Positions 10,451 through 20,155 of a stretch of DNA of 64,000 nt are shown piece after piece. The notes beneath the pieces were generated by a model that saw only the letters and a list, made by a program, of their open reading frames with translations, ran no database searches and was not told the DNA's origin. A program made the position numbers and the translations under genes. This DNA comes from an uncultured virus (IMG/VR IMGVR_UViG_3300047315_000487) (lineage: Duplodnaviria > Heunggongvirae > Uroviricota > Caudoviricetes), in IMG/VR virus record IMGVR_UViG_3300047315_000487. The stretch is one strand, 5' to 3'. Position 1 is the first letter of the stretch. Each line of letters opens with the position of its first letter.

Positions 10451-10480
10451 GCGGCTCCGGGCCCTTCCACCCGGAGCCGC
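10451..10480 (-). terminator. Hairpin after major tail gene
   Basis: GCGGCTCCGGG / CCCGGAGCCGC perfect 11-bp stem. Confidence 0.5.
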
Positions 10481-10499
10481 AGTTGAGGGGCCCCGGTTG

Positions 10500-11750
10500 C
10501 TAGAAGGTGCCGGGGGTGACGCCGCAGGTGACGGAGACCTTGATGGGGCTCATGCCGCCACTGCCGCCCGCGTTGGTGGTGTTGAAGACGGCCTCGAAGC
10601 CGTTCTGGTAGCCGACTGCGGCCTTGCTGGTGTCGGAGGCGGCCGAGGTGAAGGCACCGACCTGGACGTCGATCTGCACGCTGATCGCGGAGGTTCCGGC
10701 GAGGCCGTTGGTGATCAGGATCTGCACCTGCGGCTGGGTGTTGTTCAGCATGTACAGCAGCGCGGACTCGTCGCTGACGGCGCCGAAGTTGAGCTTGCCG
10801 GTCGCGGAGAACCCGCCGCGCTGGATGATGTACGGCGTCTGCACGCCCGTCGCCGTGAAGTACGGGGTGAGCTCGCGGACGAGGTCGACCTCGCCGTCGG
10901 TGACCGTGTTGACCAGCGTGCCGCCCGACGCGGGGCCGCCGATGCCGACCTTGGTGCGCCACGAGGCGATCGGCAGGATCGTCGTCGGGCTCGCGGTCGG
11001 GGCCACCCCGGCGATGACCGAGGGCCACGAGGTGCCCTGGCCGTCCCAGGTGAACAGCTCGCTCTCCGCGTTGAACTTGAGGTTGAGCTGCGACATGCAG
11101 AACCCCGGGTACTGCCGGGCTCCGGTGGTCGCGGTCGGGCCGAGCGAGTGCGTCAGGGTGTGCGACGGCGGCTGACCGCCACCGGAGTTGAGGAGACTCC
11201 ACGTGTACGTGTACGGCCCGGCCGTGACCACCGGCACGACGGCCTGCGCGGAGGCGTGCCCGTACACCAGGCCGCCCGTCGGTGACGACAGGGGGATCGA
11301 ATACGGCCCCGCACCAGTCGGGGTGCCTGTCGTGAACACTTCCGCAGTGGCACCGGTGCCGATCTGGATGACCGTCGCCGCCGGGATGGACGCCACGGTG
11401 GAGATGGTCGCGGCCCCGGCGGCGGCCTGCGCGGACAGTGTCGTGGAGCCCGATCCGGTGGGGGTGCCGGTGACGGCGAGGTCGCCGAGGATGTTGCGGA
11501 GCCACCAGCCGAGGGTGTCGCCGTAGACGGGGCCGCCGAGGGAGATGTCGGCGGTGGCGACGCCCTGGATCTGGGCGAAGCTGTCGGTTCCCATCGAGCC
11601 GCGCCACGACTGGTCCTTGAGGAACGTCGGCTTGTCGGTGGGGCTGAAGCTGGTGAGCAGTTGGGTGGCGGTCATCGCCACCGCAGTGCCCTGCGCGGCC
11701 TCCGGGGCGATGCCGACGAACTGCTTGGTGGATGCATAGGTGGCGACCAT
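10500..11750 (-). CDS. Major tail tube protein
   Basis: 416 aa, N-terminal FVGIAPEAAQGTAV; directly upstream of chaperones. Confidence 0.8.
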   Translation of the reverse strand: MVATYASTKQFVGIAPEAAQGTAVAMTATQLLTSFSPTDKPTFLKDQSWRGSMGTDSFAQIQGVATADISLGGPVYGDTLGWWLRNILGDLAVTGTPTGSGSTTLSAQAAAGAATISTVASIPAATVIQIGTGATAEVFTTGTPTGAGPYSIPLSSPTGGLVYGHASAQAVVPVVTAGPYTYTWSLLNSGGGQPPSHTLTHSLGPTATTGARQYPGFCMSQLNLKFNAESELFTWDGQGTSWPSVIAGVAPTASPTTILPIASWRTKVGIGGPASGGTLVNTVTDGEVDLVRELTPYFTATGVQTPYIIQRGGFSATGKLNFGAVSDESALLYMLNNTQPQVQILITNGLAGTSAISVQIDVQVGAFTSAASDTSKAAVGYQNGFEAVFNTTNAGGSGGMSPIKVSVTCGVTPGTF

Positions 11751-11751
11751 G

Positions 11752-12099
11752 TCACTCCTCCGAGGTGAGAGGCGCGGCGTTGTCCGCTACCTGGTTGGGC
11801 TTCTTCTTGGTGGGCTCCCAGCGGCCGTCGGCCGGCGCGCTGAACGGCCAGTCGAAGACCGTGGCTGGCGTCGGGGGCGCGCCCGGGTCGTCGCCGTCGG
11901 CAGGCCGGCCGGGGTCGGCCGGGCGCGCGGTGACCGGTACGTCGAGGTACTGCGTGGCGATCGACCCGGTGAACTGGTAGACCCCGGCGGGCAGGCGTCC
12001 GTCCGGAACGGGACCCGCCCCCGGCTCGGCAGCTACGGGGGCGGCGCTGGTGATGGGTGCCGGAGTCGGGTCCGGCTCGGGGGCAGGCTTCACGGGCAT
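11752..12099 (-). CDS. Hypothetical Pro-rich virion-module protein
   Basis: In operon; GGAG RBS. Confidence 0.6.
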   Translation of the reverse strand: MPVKPAPEPDPTPAPITSAAPVAAEPGAGPVPDGRLPAGVYQFTGSIATQYLDVPVTARPADPGRPADGDDPGAPPTPATVFDWPFSAPADGRWEPTKKKPNQVADNAAPLTSEE

Positions 12100-12141
12100 G
12101 CGGGACTCCAGTCCGGCGGCAACGATGAGGGTGGGGGCGGA

Positions 12142-12672
12142 TCAGGCCGCGACGATTTCCAGGGCGGTGAACGTCATCAGCAGGAAGGACTTGGTCAACT
12201 CGGCTGCGGTCTCGGGCTGGCCGTAGTCGCAGTCGATGGAGCCCTGACCGCCATCGACGGCTTCACCTGCCTCAAAGCACGCGCCGCCGAGCGTGCGGTC
12301 CGCGCGCATCCACTCCTTGAGGGCGTCCCGCAGTGCGTACACGTCGTCCTGCGCATCCTCTGCATACGGGGTGCGCGACCGGATGTAGCAGGCCAATTCG
12401 ACGTTGTAGCGGACGTTCTTCATGCCCCCATGGGCGCCGCCAAGGGCGAAGCGGACCTCGGAGTCATGGGGAATCCAGACGACGATCTGACAGCCCGTCC
12501 GAGCCCCCGCGTCCTGGCCGTTGAAAAAGTCGGCATGGTCGTCCCGCTTGGCCCAGGCCCGGCGCACCACGCCCACGCCCGTAATCGGCGACGAACGGTA
12601 GGTGCGGGTGTCCGGGTCGTAGGGGCCACCGAAGTATGTGCAGACCCCGTCGAGCACGGTCTGGATGCTCAT
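12142..12672 (-). CDS. Tail terminator-like protein
   Basis: RADRTLGG motif; position between adaptor and tail tube. Confidence 0.65.
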   Translation of the reverse strand: MSIQTVLDGVCTYFGGPYDPDTRTYRSSPITGVGVVRRAWAKRDDHADFFNGQDAGARTGCQIVVWIPHDSEVRFALGGAHGGMKNVRYNVELACYIRSRTPYAEDAQDDVYALRDALKEWMRADRTLGGACFEAGEAVDGGQGSIDCDYGQPETAAELTKSFLLMTFTALEIVAA

Positions 12673-13547
12673 CTGACCCTGCCGTAGGACGACAGCGTGC
12701 GAGCCGCCTCGGCGATGAGCCCCGAGCCGTCCTGTGGGTCATTGCGGCGGGTGTTGGAGGCGAGTTGAGTGTTGGGGAACTGATCCTCGGCGGCGGTGTC
12801 CGGGCGCATCAGCAGCGCCGTCGCATATTGCGCGATCGCGGTGCGCGCCTCGGCTGGCATGCCCGACACGTCGTGGCCCACCGCGTGCGCATACTGCGTG
12901 GGCGCGGCCAGTGAGACTGCGGTCGCGACGGCCGGGACATTGACTGCGGGAGGTGTCCACGCCGAGGAGACGGTGACCGTCTCCTCGGCGCCCGGCTCCC
13001 AGATGCGGTACTGGCCGCCGGGTGTGATTCCGGCGGGGTCGGCGACCGTGAGCGACGTGGCGCCAGCCAGGGCGTCCGCCTGAAGAACGGTGGCGACGAA
13101 GCCTGCCACGTACAGCATCTCCACGTACATCTCCCCCACTGGGCCGCCGAATTGCAGGCCGGCCGATGAGGGGATCGATGGACCCGGCAGTGTGATCACG
13201 ATCTGCCTGCCGTCCTCGATCCACACGCCGGACAGATCCGTCACCGCGGTCAAGGCCGACGGCGAATACCCCCAGGACAAGCCCGTCACTGCAGCGACCG
13301 GATTGTCGTCGGCGTGGACGAGAAGTCGCCCATAGCGGTCGAGGCGCTGCCGGAACTTCTGGACCTTCAGGTGCGCGCCGAGTGGCTGGTTGCACTGGTT
13401 GTCCGCCCAGGCGCTGGCCTGCAGGAGGATGTTGACCAGCTCGGCGGTCTGGTCGGCGGGGTCAGGGGAGCCGACACGCAGACCGTCCAGGTCCAGGTAG
13501 GTGGGGTGGGCCTTGAAGGCGGCGGCCGAGACGTAAGGCGTGATCAC
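12669..13547 (-). CDS. Head-to-tail adaptor protein
   Basis: ILLQASAWADNQCNQPL, YVAGF and MPAEAR motifs; position after capsid. Confidence 0.7.
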   Translation of the reverse strand: MITPYVSAAAFKAHPTYLDLDGLRVGSPDPADQTAELVNILLQASAWADNQCNQPLGAHLKVQKFRQRLDRYGRLLVHADDNPVAAVTGLSWGYSPSALTAVTDLSGVWIEDGRQIVITLPGPSIPSSAGLQFGGPVGEMYVEMLYVAGFVATVLQADALAGATSLTVADPAGITPGGQYRIWEPGAEETVTVSSAWTPPAVNVPAVATAVSLAAPTQYAHAVGHDVSGMPAEARTAIAQYATALLMRPDTAAEDQFPNTQLASNTRRNDPQDGSGLIAEAARTLSSYGRVR

Positions 13548-13565
13548 CGGGCGGCCCCTTCCTGG

Positions 13566-13814
13566 TCAGAGGGTGCGGTTCCAGGTGCCGTGCCCGCACC
13601 CGGCGGAGGTGGCGTCGGCCGGCCAGCCCGCGGGGAAGCAGTCAGCGCACGGTTGCTCGGCGTTGACTGGGTCAGGCTCAGGCTCAATGGGTGGTGTCGG
13701 CTCCTTGGCGACACCCTCCACCTCGTCTGCCGCCGCCTGCCCTTCCTGGGGGTCGCTGGCAGACCCGTCAGGCTCGGGCTTCGGCGTCGCCTGGGCGCGC
13801 TTCCTCGGAGGCAT
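13566..13814 (-). CDS. Hypothetical protein with C-terminal Cys/His cluster
   Basis: MPPRKRAQ...CADCFP...CGHG; start overlaps upstream stop. Confidence 0.6.
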   Translation of the reverse strand: MPPRKRAQATPKPEPDGSASDPQEGQAAADEVEGVAKEPTPPIEPEPDPVNAEQPCADCFPAGWPADATSAGCGHGTWNRTL

Positions 13815-14059
13815 CAGCTCTCCCTTTCGCAGGTCCCGCCGCAGCGGGAGCAGGTGATGAAGAACGACCCGAACGTGCAGTCCGTGCAGCGGTAGCCACC
13901 GCGGGCGCGACCGCCGAGGTTGGGCATGAATCCGCCGACCTTGACCAGTGCGGTGGCGTCTCGGGGGTGCATGTCGTAGACGCCGTCGCGGGACTTGTAG
14001 CGGCGTCCGGTGATGCCGTCGACTTCGCGGACGGCGCCATCGGGGGCAGCGACGCGCAC
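13814..14059 (-). CDS. Small Zn-ribbon protein
   Basis: CTDC...CSRC. Confidence 0.65.
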   Translation of the reverse strand: MRVAAPDGAVREVDGITGRRYKSRDGVYDMHPRDATALVKVGGFMPNLGGRARGGYRCTDCTFGSFFITCSRCGGTCERES

Positions 14060-14089
14060 GGTGTCTCCCAGGGGTGAGGGGGTGAGCGC

Positions 14090-14125
14090 TCAGGGGTCGC
14101 AGGCACGCTCGCCTGCGGCCCCTGA
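14090..14125 (-). terminator. Hairpin after major capsid gene
   Basis: TCAGGGGTCGCAGGC / GCCTGCGGCCCCTGA inverted repeat. Confidence 0.55.
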
Positions 14126-14130
14126 TGCGA

Positions 14131-15747
14131 TTACTTGATGCCGAGCAGGAGGCCGGACCAGGCGGGGGCGTAGTGGACCAGCGCGCCGTAGAGGTAGGTG
14201 CTCTGGTCATACGTTGCCTGGATGACCGGCCAGTCGATGGCCATGTAGTCCTGCACGTTGATGACCTCGGCCGTGTTGGAGATCTCCGAGTCCGGGACCG
14301 GCAGCGACAGGGACCGGATGAGGGCCGCACCCGAGGGCATGTACGGGTGGACCTGGAGGTCGACCATCTTGCGGGTGACCTCGTTCTCGATACCGGTGAC
14401 GGTGGAGCCGAGGGTGGCGCCGTGTCCGTCATTGGAGAGCGCGATCCGGTAGTTCGAACTGGCGGAGGTCTTGAGGAGGTCTCCGATTTCGACCATGACG
14501 CCGGCATCGGTCCACACCTGCTCCGGGTCCGCCTTGACGGCCTGGTAGAGGGCCAGGAATGCGGCCTGGAACTCGGTGCCCGGGTTGGAGGTGCTGAGGG
14601 TGCTGTTGATGCGCTTGACGTATCCGGACTGGGTGGGGTCGGCCTGCACGGTGAGGAAGCCGTCGTAGGCGGAGGCGGAGGCGCTGCTGTCCGCGACGGG
14701 AACGGCAGCGGTGCCCGTGGTGTAGGTGCTGAGTACCACCGAGTTGCCGGTGAAGGAGGTCTGGAAGACCTCGCTGCCGGACGGCCCAAAGTACAGGTTG
14801 TAGCCGTAGGCCCCGGCGGGCTCGGTGGTGACGGTGACGGTGACGATGTTGGTGGAGGCGACGACGACCGAGGCGGACGAGGACGGCACGGACTCGCCGA
14901 AGCCACCCCGCGCGGTGACCTTCACCGAGTAGGTGGCGGCCGGGATGCTGCCCGTGGCGCCGGAGGCTGCGGCCGAGACGACGGGCGCGGAGACGGCGCC
15001 GGCGTAGCCGGTGTCGGTGCCGCGGCCGTAGAGGAGCGCGCGCTCCTCGCCGCCGAATGTCGCCCACAGCAGGGCGGTCTGGGAGAGGGAGCGGATGTCC
15101 TCGAAGCCCTGGCCGGCGAACTGCGCCTTCCACGAGACACTGTCGGACAGGCCCATCTCCTTGTAGATGACGGACTTGCTGTCCGACGCGTAGCTGATCT
15201 TCGCGCCGCGCCGGAGCGACAGGGATCCGAACGTCGCGGTCTGCGTCTGGGAGTCCATGAACGGGTTCTGGTCGGCGACGCCGCCGGTACCCGAGTTCGA
15301 CCAGCCGAGGATCCGCTTGAACTGGCGGGCGGTGCCCTGGCCCTTACTGCGGGGTGTGCTGTTGCGCAGCGGCGTGAGGCGCGGGACGAGGAGCTTGGCG
15401 GGGGCCTCGAGGTCGTAGGGGACCAGACCGGTGGAGTTGGGGGCCGTGGTCGTCCAGTCCTTGTTGACGTCGCCGGCGGCGGCCTTCAGCTCGTCGAGCT
15501 GGCCCTGGATCGCGGCGACGGTCTCCGGAGAGAGGGACTTGGTGAGGCTCTCGACCTTCTCGGCGATCGCCTCGTTGGCCGCGGCCTTGACGATGCCCTC
15601 ACCCGGGGCGAAGGACAGGCCGCCCTTGGCGGACTTGGCGTGGGTGGCGGCCAGGGCGGACTTGTACTGCTCGAAGCGCTGAGCGACCTCGACGCCGGAG
15701 GCGGCATCGGAGAACATGTCGGACGGCTTGGGTACGGCGTGAGGCAT
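14131..15747 (-). CDS. Major capsid protein (with FN3/Ig-like insertion)
   Basis: 538 aa after protease; LVPYDLEAPAK..TPLRN and VHPYMPSG motifs; internal YSVKVTA..GESVPS segment. Confidence 0.82.
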   Translation of the reverse strand: MPHAVPKPSDMFSDAASGVEVAQRFEQYKSALAATHAKSAKGGLSFAPGEGIVKAAANEAIAEKVESLTKSLSPETVAAIQGQLDELKAAAGDVNKDWTTTAPNSTGLVPYDLEAPAKLLVPRLTPLRNSTPRSKGQGTARQFKRILGWSNSGTGGVADQNPFMDSQTQTATFGSLSLRRGAKISYASDSKSVIYKEMGLSDSVSWKAQFAGQGFEDIRSLSQTALLWATFGGEERALLYGRGTDTGYAGAVSAPVVSAAASGATGSIPAATYSVKVTARGGFGESVPSSSASVVVASTNIVTVTVTTEPAGAYGYNLYFGPSGSEVFQTSFTGNSVVLSTYTTGTAAVPVADSSASASAYDGFLTVQADPTQSGYVKRINSTLSTSNPGTEFQAAFLALYQAVKADPEQVWTDAGVMVEIGDLLKTSASSNYRIALSNDGHGATLGSTVTGIENEVTRKMVDLQVHPYMPSGAALIRSLSLPVPDSEISNTAEVINVQDYMAIDWPVIQATYDQSTYLYGALVHYAPAWSGLLLGIK

Positions 15748-15795
15748 GGTTGGTCCCGTTTCAGGCGAAGTGGAGTGGCGATCGGGTCCGGGCGC

Positions 15796-17361
15796 TCAGG
15801 GGGCGTCGGAAACGCTGGCCTTGGCGTCGGCGTCTGCCGCCATCTGCAGATATCCGGCCTTGGTCCTCGAGTCCGTGACCTGGTCGGCCATGGTCCGGTA
15901 GTGGACGGCCTTGGCCAGGTGTTCGTCCTTGATGGCGGCCCGGTTGGTATCGGCGGCGGTCCTGGTGAGGACGGGGCCGCCGGGGATCGGCTTGCTCTTG
16001 ACCTTCGCCAGTTCGGCCTCGAGCGCAGCGATGCGCCCCTTGGAGGCATCCTCGGCCTTTGTCACGGCTGCCGTGATGAGCTGGTTGACCCGCTCCTCGT
16101 CAAGAGCGGGGGCTTGGGGGGTGGGGGCCTTGACCGCGTCGGGTTCGGCGGCAAGGTCCACGTGGACCATATCCGGGTCTGGCCCGGACGCGTCCTGGGT
16201 GGTGAACGGGGAGGTCGTTTCGCCGACGGCGGCTTCGTGACTCCACCAGTCGAGGTACATCGACAGGGCGCAGAGCAGCTGGTGAAGGTCGCAGCGCTCG
16301 TCGTCGCCTCGAGTGAACTCGTCGAGCTCGGCCTTCATGACGGCGATGAGGCCGTCGCGGACGGCGGCGAGTTCGGCCGGGTCGTGGACCCACTGACCAT
16401 CGGCCTTGATCAGGTCGGGGTCCGCTCCCTTCCACGCGTCAGGGAGCAGGTCTTCGCGGCCGAGCGCCTTGGCGCGGGCGATGATGTGGCGCTTGGCCGC
16501 GGCGGGGTCCTTGGCGCGGCCGATGGCCTTGACCGCATTGCGGAGGTCGGTGGCGCTCTTGATGGGGAACCCTCCGTCCTTCATTGCCTCGCCGTCCTCG
16601 GCGGCATCCTGGCGCTGCTCGGCAGTGAAGGCGCGCTTGGCGAGAGCCGCGTCGAGAATGCGGGCGATGCGCGCGTCGAGGTCATCGGTTTCGGCGGGGG
16701 CGGCCTCGGGCTCGACTGCCTTCGCCGCGTCCGGCTCGGCCGGCTCCGCGGGGGCGTCGGTGGGCTGCTCGACGCTCTCCGGGCTGGCGCCCTGGTCGTC
16801 AGAGTCGTCCGACTTGGAGAGGTCCGCAGCGTCTCCTTCGAGGAGTTCTTCGACGCGCACCAGACCGGTTGCCTCGTCGAAATCCCCGGCGGCGATCTCC
16901 ATGCCCGGGGTTGCGGCCTTGCCCACGACCAGGGTGCAGGTCGCGTTGCAGGGCCGGTCGACGAGGGAGACCTCCACGATGTCGCCACCCACGATGCGGC
17001 CGCCGGGAGCCGCGGCGTCCTTGACGACCCGCGGGTTCTTGATGCCGATGCTGTAGCCCTTGAGAACTTTCTTCTCCACCTTGCGGGCAGAGTTGTCATC
17101 GACGATGACGGAGCGGACCATCCACGAGTCGCCGTCCTGCTCGAGGTCGGTGGCGACCCCGGCGGCGATCGACGAGTGCTGCTCGCGGATGTTCCCGTAC
17201 TGCATCCATGCGGGCATGGCGGTCTTGAGCCATGCCGGGTCGCAGATCTGCTTGTCGAGATCGAGGTCGGGGCCGGTGGCCTTGCCGAAGACGACGAGGT
17301 CGCCGTCGGAATTGCGCTCGGCCTTGAGGATGTCTGCCGCATAGACGCGCGTGATGGTCAT
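15796..17361 (-). CDS. Capsid maturation protease / scaffold
   Basis: IREQH, GYSIG and EVSLVDRP prohead protease motifs; acidic and helical C-terminus. Confidence 0.8.
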   Translation of the reverse strand: MTITRVYAADILKAERNSDGDLVVFGKATGPDLDLDKQICDPAWLKTAMPAWMQYGNIREQHSSIAAGVATDLEQDGDSWMVRSVIVDDNSARKVEKKVLKGYSIGIKNPRVVKDAAAPGGRIVGGDIVEVSLVDRPCNATCTLVVGKAATPGMEIAAGDFDEATGLVRVEELLEGDAADLSKSDDSDDQGASPESVEQPTDAPAEPAEPDAAKAVEPEAAPAETDDLDARIARILDAALAKRAFTAEQRQDAAEDGEAMKDGGFPIKSATDLRNAVKAIGRAKDPAAAKRHIIARAKALGREDLLPDAWKGADPDLIKADGQWVHDPAELAAVRDGLIAVMKAELDEFTRGDDERCDLHQLLCALSMYLDWWSHEAAVGETTSPFTTQDASGPDPDMVHVDLAAEPDAVKAPTPQAPALDEERVNQLITAAVTKAEDASKGRIAALEAELAKVKSKPIPGGPVLTRTAADTNRAAIKDEHLAKAVHYRTMADQVTDSRTKAGYLQMAADADAKASVSDAP

Positions 17362-17401
17362 GACTGGTCTCCTTGCGCCGTAGCGGCGTCGGTGTCCTGT
17401 T

Positions 17402-20125
17402 TCAGGGGGCCGGAAGCAGCGAGCACCGGCAGTTCGGATGCCCCGGAGGCGAGTAGGAGCCGTCCGGCCAGCCCTGACCCAGGGGGATCGGGCCCTCCGC
17501 CTCGTTGGCTAGGCAGGCGGGGCACGCGCCGGGTTCGGTGGTCCACTGCCACCTGGTGATCCCTGCAGCCTTGTAGATCGCTGCGGCGGCCTGGGCCTGG
17601 GCGCGGGAGAGCTCTGTCAGTGCAAGGCGGTGCGCCCATGTGGGATCGGTGAGGAGTGCGCGGATGTCCTGCGCCAACTGGACGCTGTCGCGGCGTCCCC
17701 CACGGAACCCGGCGAGGAGCAGGCCAAGGGCATCACGGCGTCGGTCTGCGATCTCCCGGAGGGTATCTGCCAGGGATCGTGACCAGTTGGCGAGTTCGCG
17801 TTCCTGGCTGGGCGCCAGGACGCGGCGGGCACTGGTGGTGTCTCCGGCGCGCCATGGCAGCCGGATTGTCCGCTCACCTCGGAGTACGGCCCCAGCTGAC
17901 GCCGTCCCGAGCGCCCACCCCTCCATCCAGAGTCCGCCGATGACCCGCATGAGGCCGGCCGTCAGGTCGATTCCCTGAGCAAGAAGCCATGCGGCAGCCG
18001 CCGCGGCGGCGATGTCCCGCGCCGCATGACTGTCGGGCGGCGGCTCCTCGTTGGGTGCGGCGTCGGTCAATCCGCTGGAGAGCCAGCGTTCGGCGAGGGC
18101 CTGCAGGTCGACGCCTTGGGTAGCGGCCTGCTGGATGCGGGTAGCCCAGACGTCGGCGATCGCCTCGTCGTGGCCCCAGCCGGGCCACGCGCCCGCTGGG
18201 GGGCTACCAACTTTTGGGTCGCCGTCACCACCGGGCGTCGGATCGGCGAATACGATCCGATCATCGGCGGCCAGCTCGGGCGCGTCAGCCTTGGTGAGGA
18301 CGGCGCACTGGAAGGGGCGGCTGCCAGCAGACCGCTTGGCCGCCCAGCGTCGGAACGCGGTGCGCTCGGCCTTGACTGCAGCCTCACGCCCTGCGTCCCG
18401 GTCTTCCAGTTCATCGTCCGCAGCACTCACCGGGGCGCCGCGGCCGATGTCGGCATCGGGCCCCTGGGGTGCATCCAGGATTCCGTCGGCGTCGCCGTCC
18501 CGCAGTGGTGCTCCCGCGACCTGGTCGACGGGCTCACCAGCGGGCATGAGCTGTGATGCGCCGTCCATGAAGACGATGCCCCGGGAGGTACGGATGAACG
18601 GCATGTCCGCTTCGGGGAAGGCGAACCGGGGAAGCCCCTGCCGGTCACGGTCCTCGTTGATGGTCATGCGGGCTTCCCCCACGCGGGAGCCGGCAACCTC
18701 ATCGGCCGCTGCCTCGTCCTCGCTCTCCAGCCCGAGGAAGCGGAACTCCAGTTCCTCAGGCATCCCGAGGTGCTGGCGGGAGATATCCGTGAGGACGGAG
18801 GCGAGCCAGCTCACCAGCGGCAGGCGTCCCTTCCGGTCCTGCACGTCGGCCTGGCCCTCGTGGTAGCCGGCCGAGCCGAGCCCTTTGGCCTCCGTAAAGC
18901 CCAGCTCGGAAATCGACACGTCGAAGTGCGACGCAAGGAGCTTGATCAGGTGCAGGTCGTACTCCGGCTTGTAGCGCTCCGAAGCGTCGGTCGAGTCGGC
19001 GGGCTCCAGTCCTGGGGGCAGGATGCGGAAGCGGCGCCTGTTGTGGGTGTCTCCGGAGTAGAAGTCGTTGAAGTCCCGCTCGTACTCGAGGAGCTGCTGC
19101 GGGGTCCACGAGTTCTGGCCGGCGGCGGTGGAGTGTTGCAGCCATCCGGACGGCATGACGCCGTCGGTGTACTCGGACTTCAGCCACTGGTAGCGGCGCA
19201 TGTACAGGTCGCCGTCATTCAGGGCCTGCTCCACGGCGGAGTACCCGTAGGGAGTCCAGGTGCGTACCGCGCGCCGGATATAGATGAGCTGGTCGGAGGG
19301 GTAGCCGCCCTTGATGTCCTGCCCGTTGTCACCGTGGTTGGTGTCGGCTGTGAATTCGCCGCGGGGGAAGCCCCACAGGATCTGCTGGTACGCCGGGAAC
19401 GGCGGTGCGGGTCGGCCACCGCGGTGGTCGAGCAGCGGCTTGACGGTGCTGCCGTCCAGCATTTCCAGGGAGTACAGCTCTCCGCCGTAGGTGTAGCGGG
19501 GGTAGATGGCGATGGCGTCGAGAACGTAGTGCTCTTCGAGGAGCTGTCCGAGCCATTCGGCGAACGTGTAGCCGTTGCTCTGGTCGGGGGTGCGCCAGAA
19601 GGACACGAGGCGGTCGATGTGCGGGTCCAGATCCTTACGGAGGCTCTCCTCCGCCTGGGCGCGGGATGCCCCGGGGTCGGCGCGCTGCGCGGTCTGTACG
19701 GCGCGCTTGGTGAGGGCGATGTCCCACTCGGTGCTGACGGTCTCGTTCTTGCGGATCTCGATGCAGCGCCGGAACAGCGGAATGTTGTCAGCGGCGTCCC
19801 GCAGGGTCTTCCACGGCACGAGGCGGTGACGGCTGCCCGAGCCGGGCAGGTTCCACGACGGGTCATATTCGAAGATGCGGGGCTCGGGTCGGCCGCTGTC
19901 GCTGCGGACCGGGTCCAGGGCAGAGGGCGGGGAGGCAACTCCGGGGCCCATGGAGTAGGGGAAGGTGTCGCGCGGCATCGGCGTGGCACTGCCGAAAGCC
20001 TGGCCGGCGGCGAACGCTGCAGCGAGGACTTCGGTACTGGTCATGGCTGCGCCGCTGGCATTGCGGGCCAGCGCCTTGGCGGCTTGCGGTGGGGGCTGGC
20101 GGCGGCGGTTGCGGCTCTTGGCCAC
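17402..20125 (-). CDS. Portal protein fused to C-terminal MuF-like head morphogenesis domain
   Basis: Portal motifs (LDGSTVKP, YGYSAVE); C-terminal TELSRA..W...ACPAC..PPGHPNCRC. Confidence 0.82.
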   Translation of the reverse strand: MAKSRNRRRQPPPQAAKALARNASGAAMTSTEVLAAAFAAGQAFGSATPMPRDTFPYSMGPGVASPPSALDPVRSDSGRPEPRIFEYDPSWNLPGSGSRHRLVPWKTLRDAADNIPLFRRCIEIRKNETVSTEWDIALTKRAVQTAQRADPGASRAQAEESLRKDLDPHIDRLVSFWRTPDQSNGYTFAEWLGQLLEEHYVLDAIAIYPRYTYGGELYSLEMLDGSTVKPLLDHRGGRPAPPFPAYQQILWGFPRGEFTADTNHGDNGQDIKGGYPSDQLIYIRRAVRTWTPYGYSAVEQALNDGDLYMRRYQWLKSEYTDGVMPSGWLQHSTAAGQNSWTPQQLLEYERDFNDFYSGDTHNRRRFRILPPGLEPADSTDASERYKPEYDLHLIKLLASHFDVSISELGFTEAKGLGSAGYHEGQADVQDRKGRLPLVSWLASVLTDISRQHLGMPEELEFRFLGLESEDEAAADEVAGSRVGEARMTINEDRDRQGLPRFAFPEADMPFIRTSRGIVFMDGASQLMPAGEPVDQVAGAPLRDGDADGILDAPQGPDADIGRGAPVSAADDELEDRDAGREAAVKAERTAFRRWAAKRSAGSRPFQCAVLTKADAPELAADDRIVFADPTPGGDGDPKVGSPPAGAWPGWGHDEAIADVWATRIQQAATQGVDLQALAERWLSSGLTDAAPNEEPPPDSHAARDIAAAAAAAWLLAQGIDLTAGLMRVIGGLWMEGWALGTASAGAVLRGERTIRLPWRAGDTTSARRVLAPSQERELANWSRSLADTLREIADRRRDALGLLLAGFRGGRRDSVQLAQDIRALLTDPTWAHRLALTELSRAQAQAAAAIYKAAGITRWQWTTEPGACPACLANEAEGPIPLGQGWPDGSYSPPGHPNCRCSLLPAP

Positions 20126-20155
20126 GGCACCCCCTCGGCGAACTGCTGTTGTGGG

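Noticed and set aside
14125..17559. 1144-aa plus-strand ORF, and similar long ORFs at 6465-8726, 18770-20806, 22378-24417 and 30582-33650
   Set aside because: Antisense shadows of well-supported minus-strand genes, expected from high-GC codon bias; no recognisable motifs
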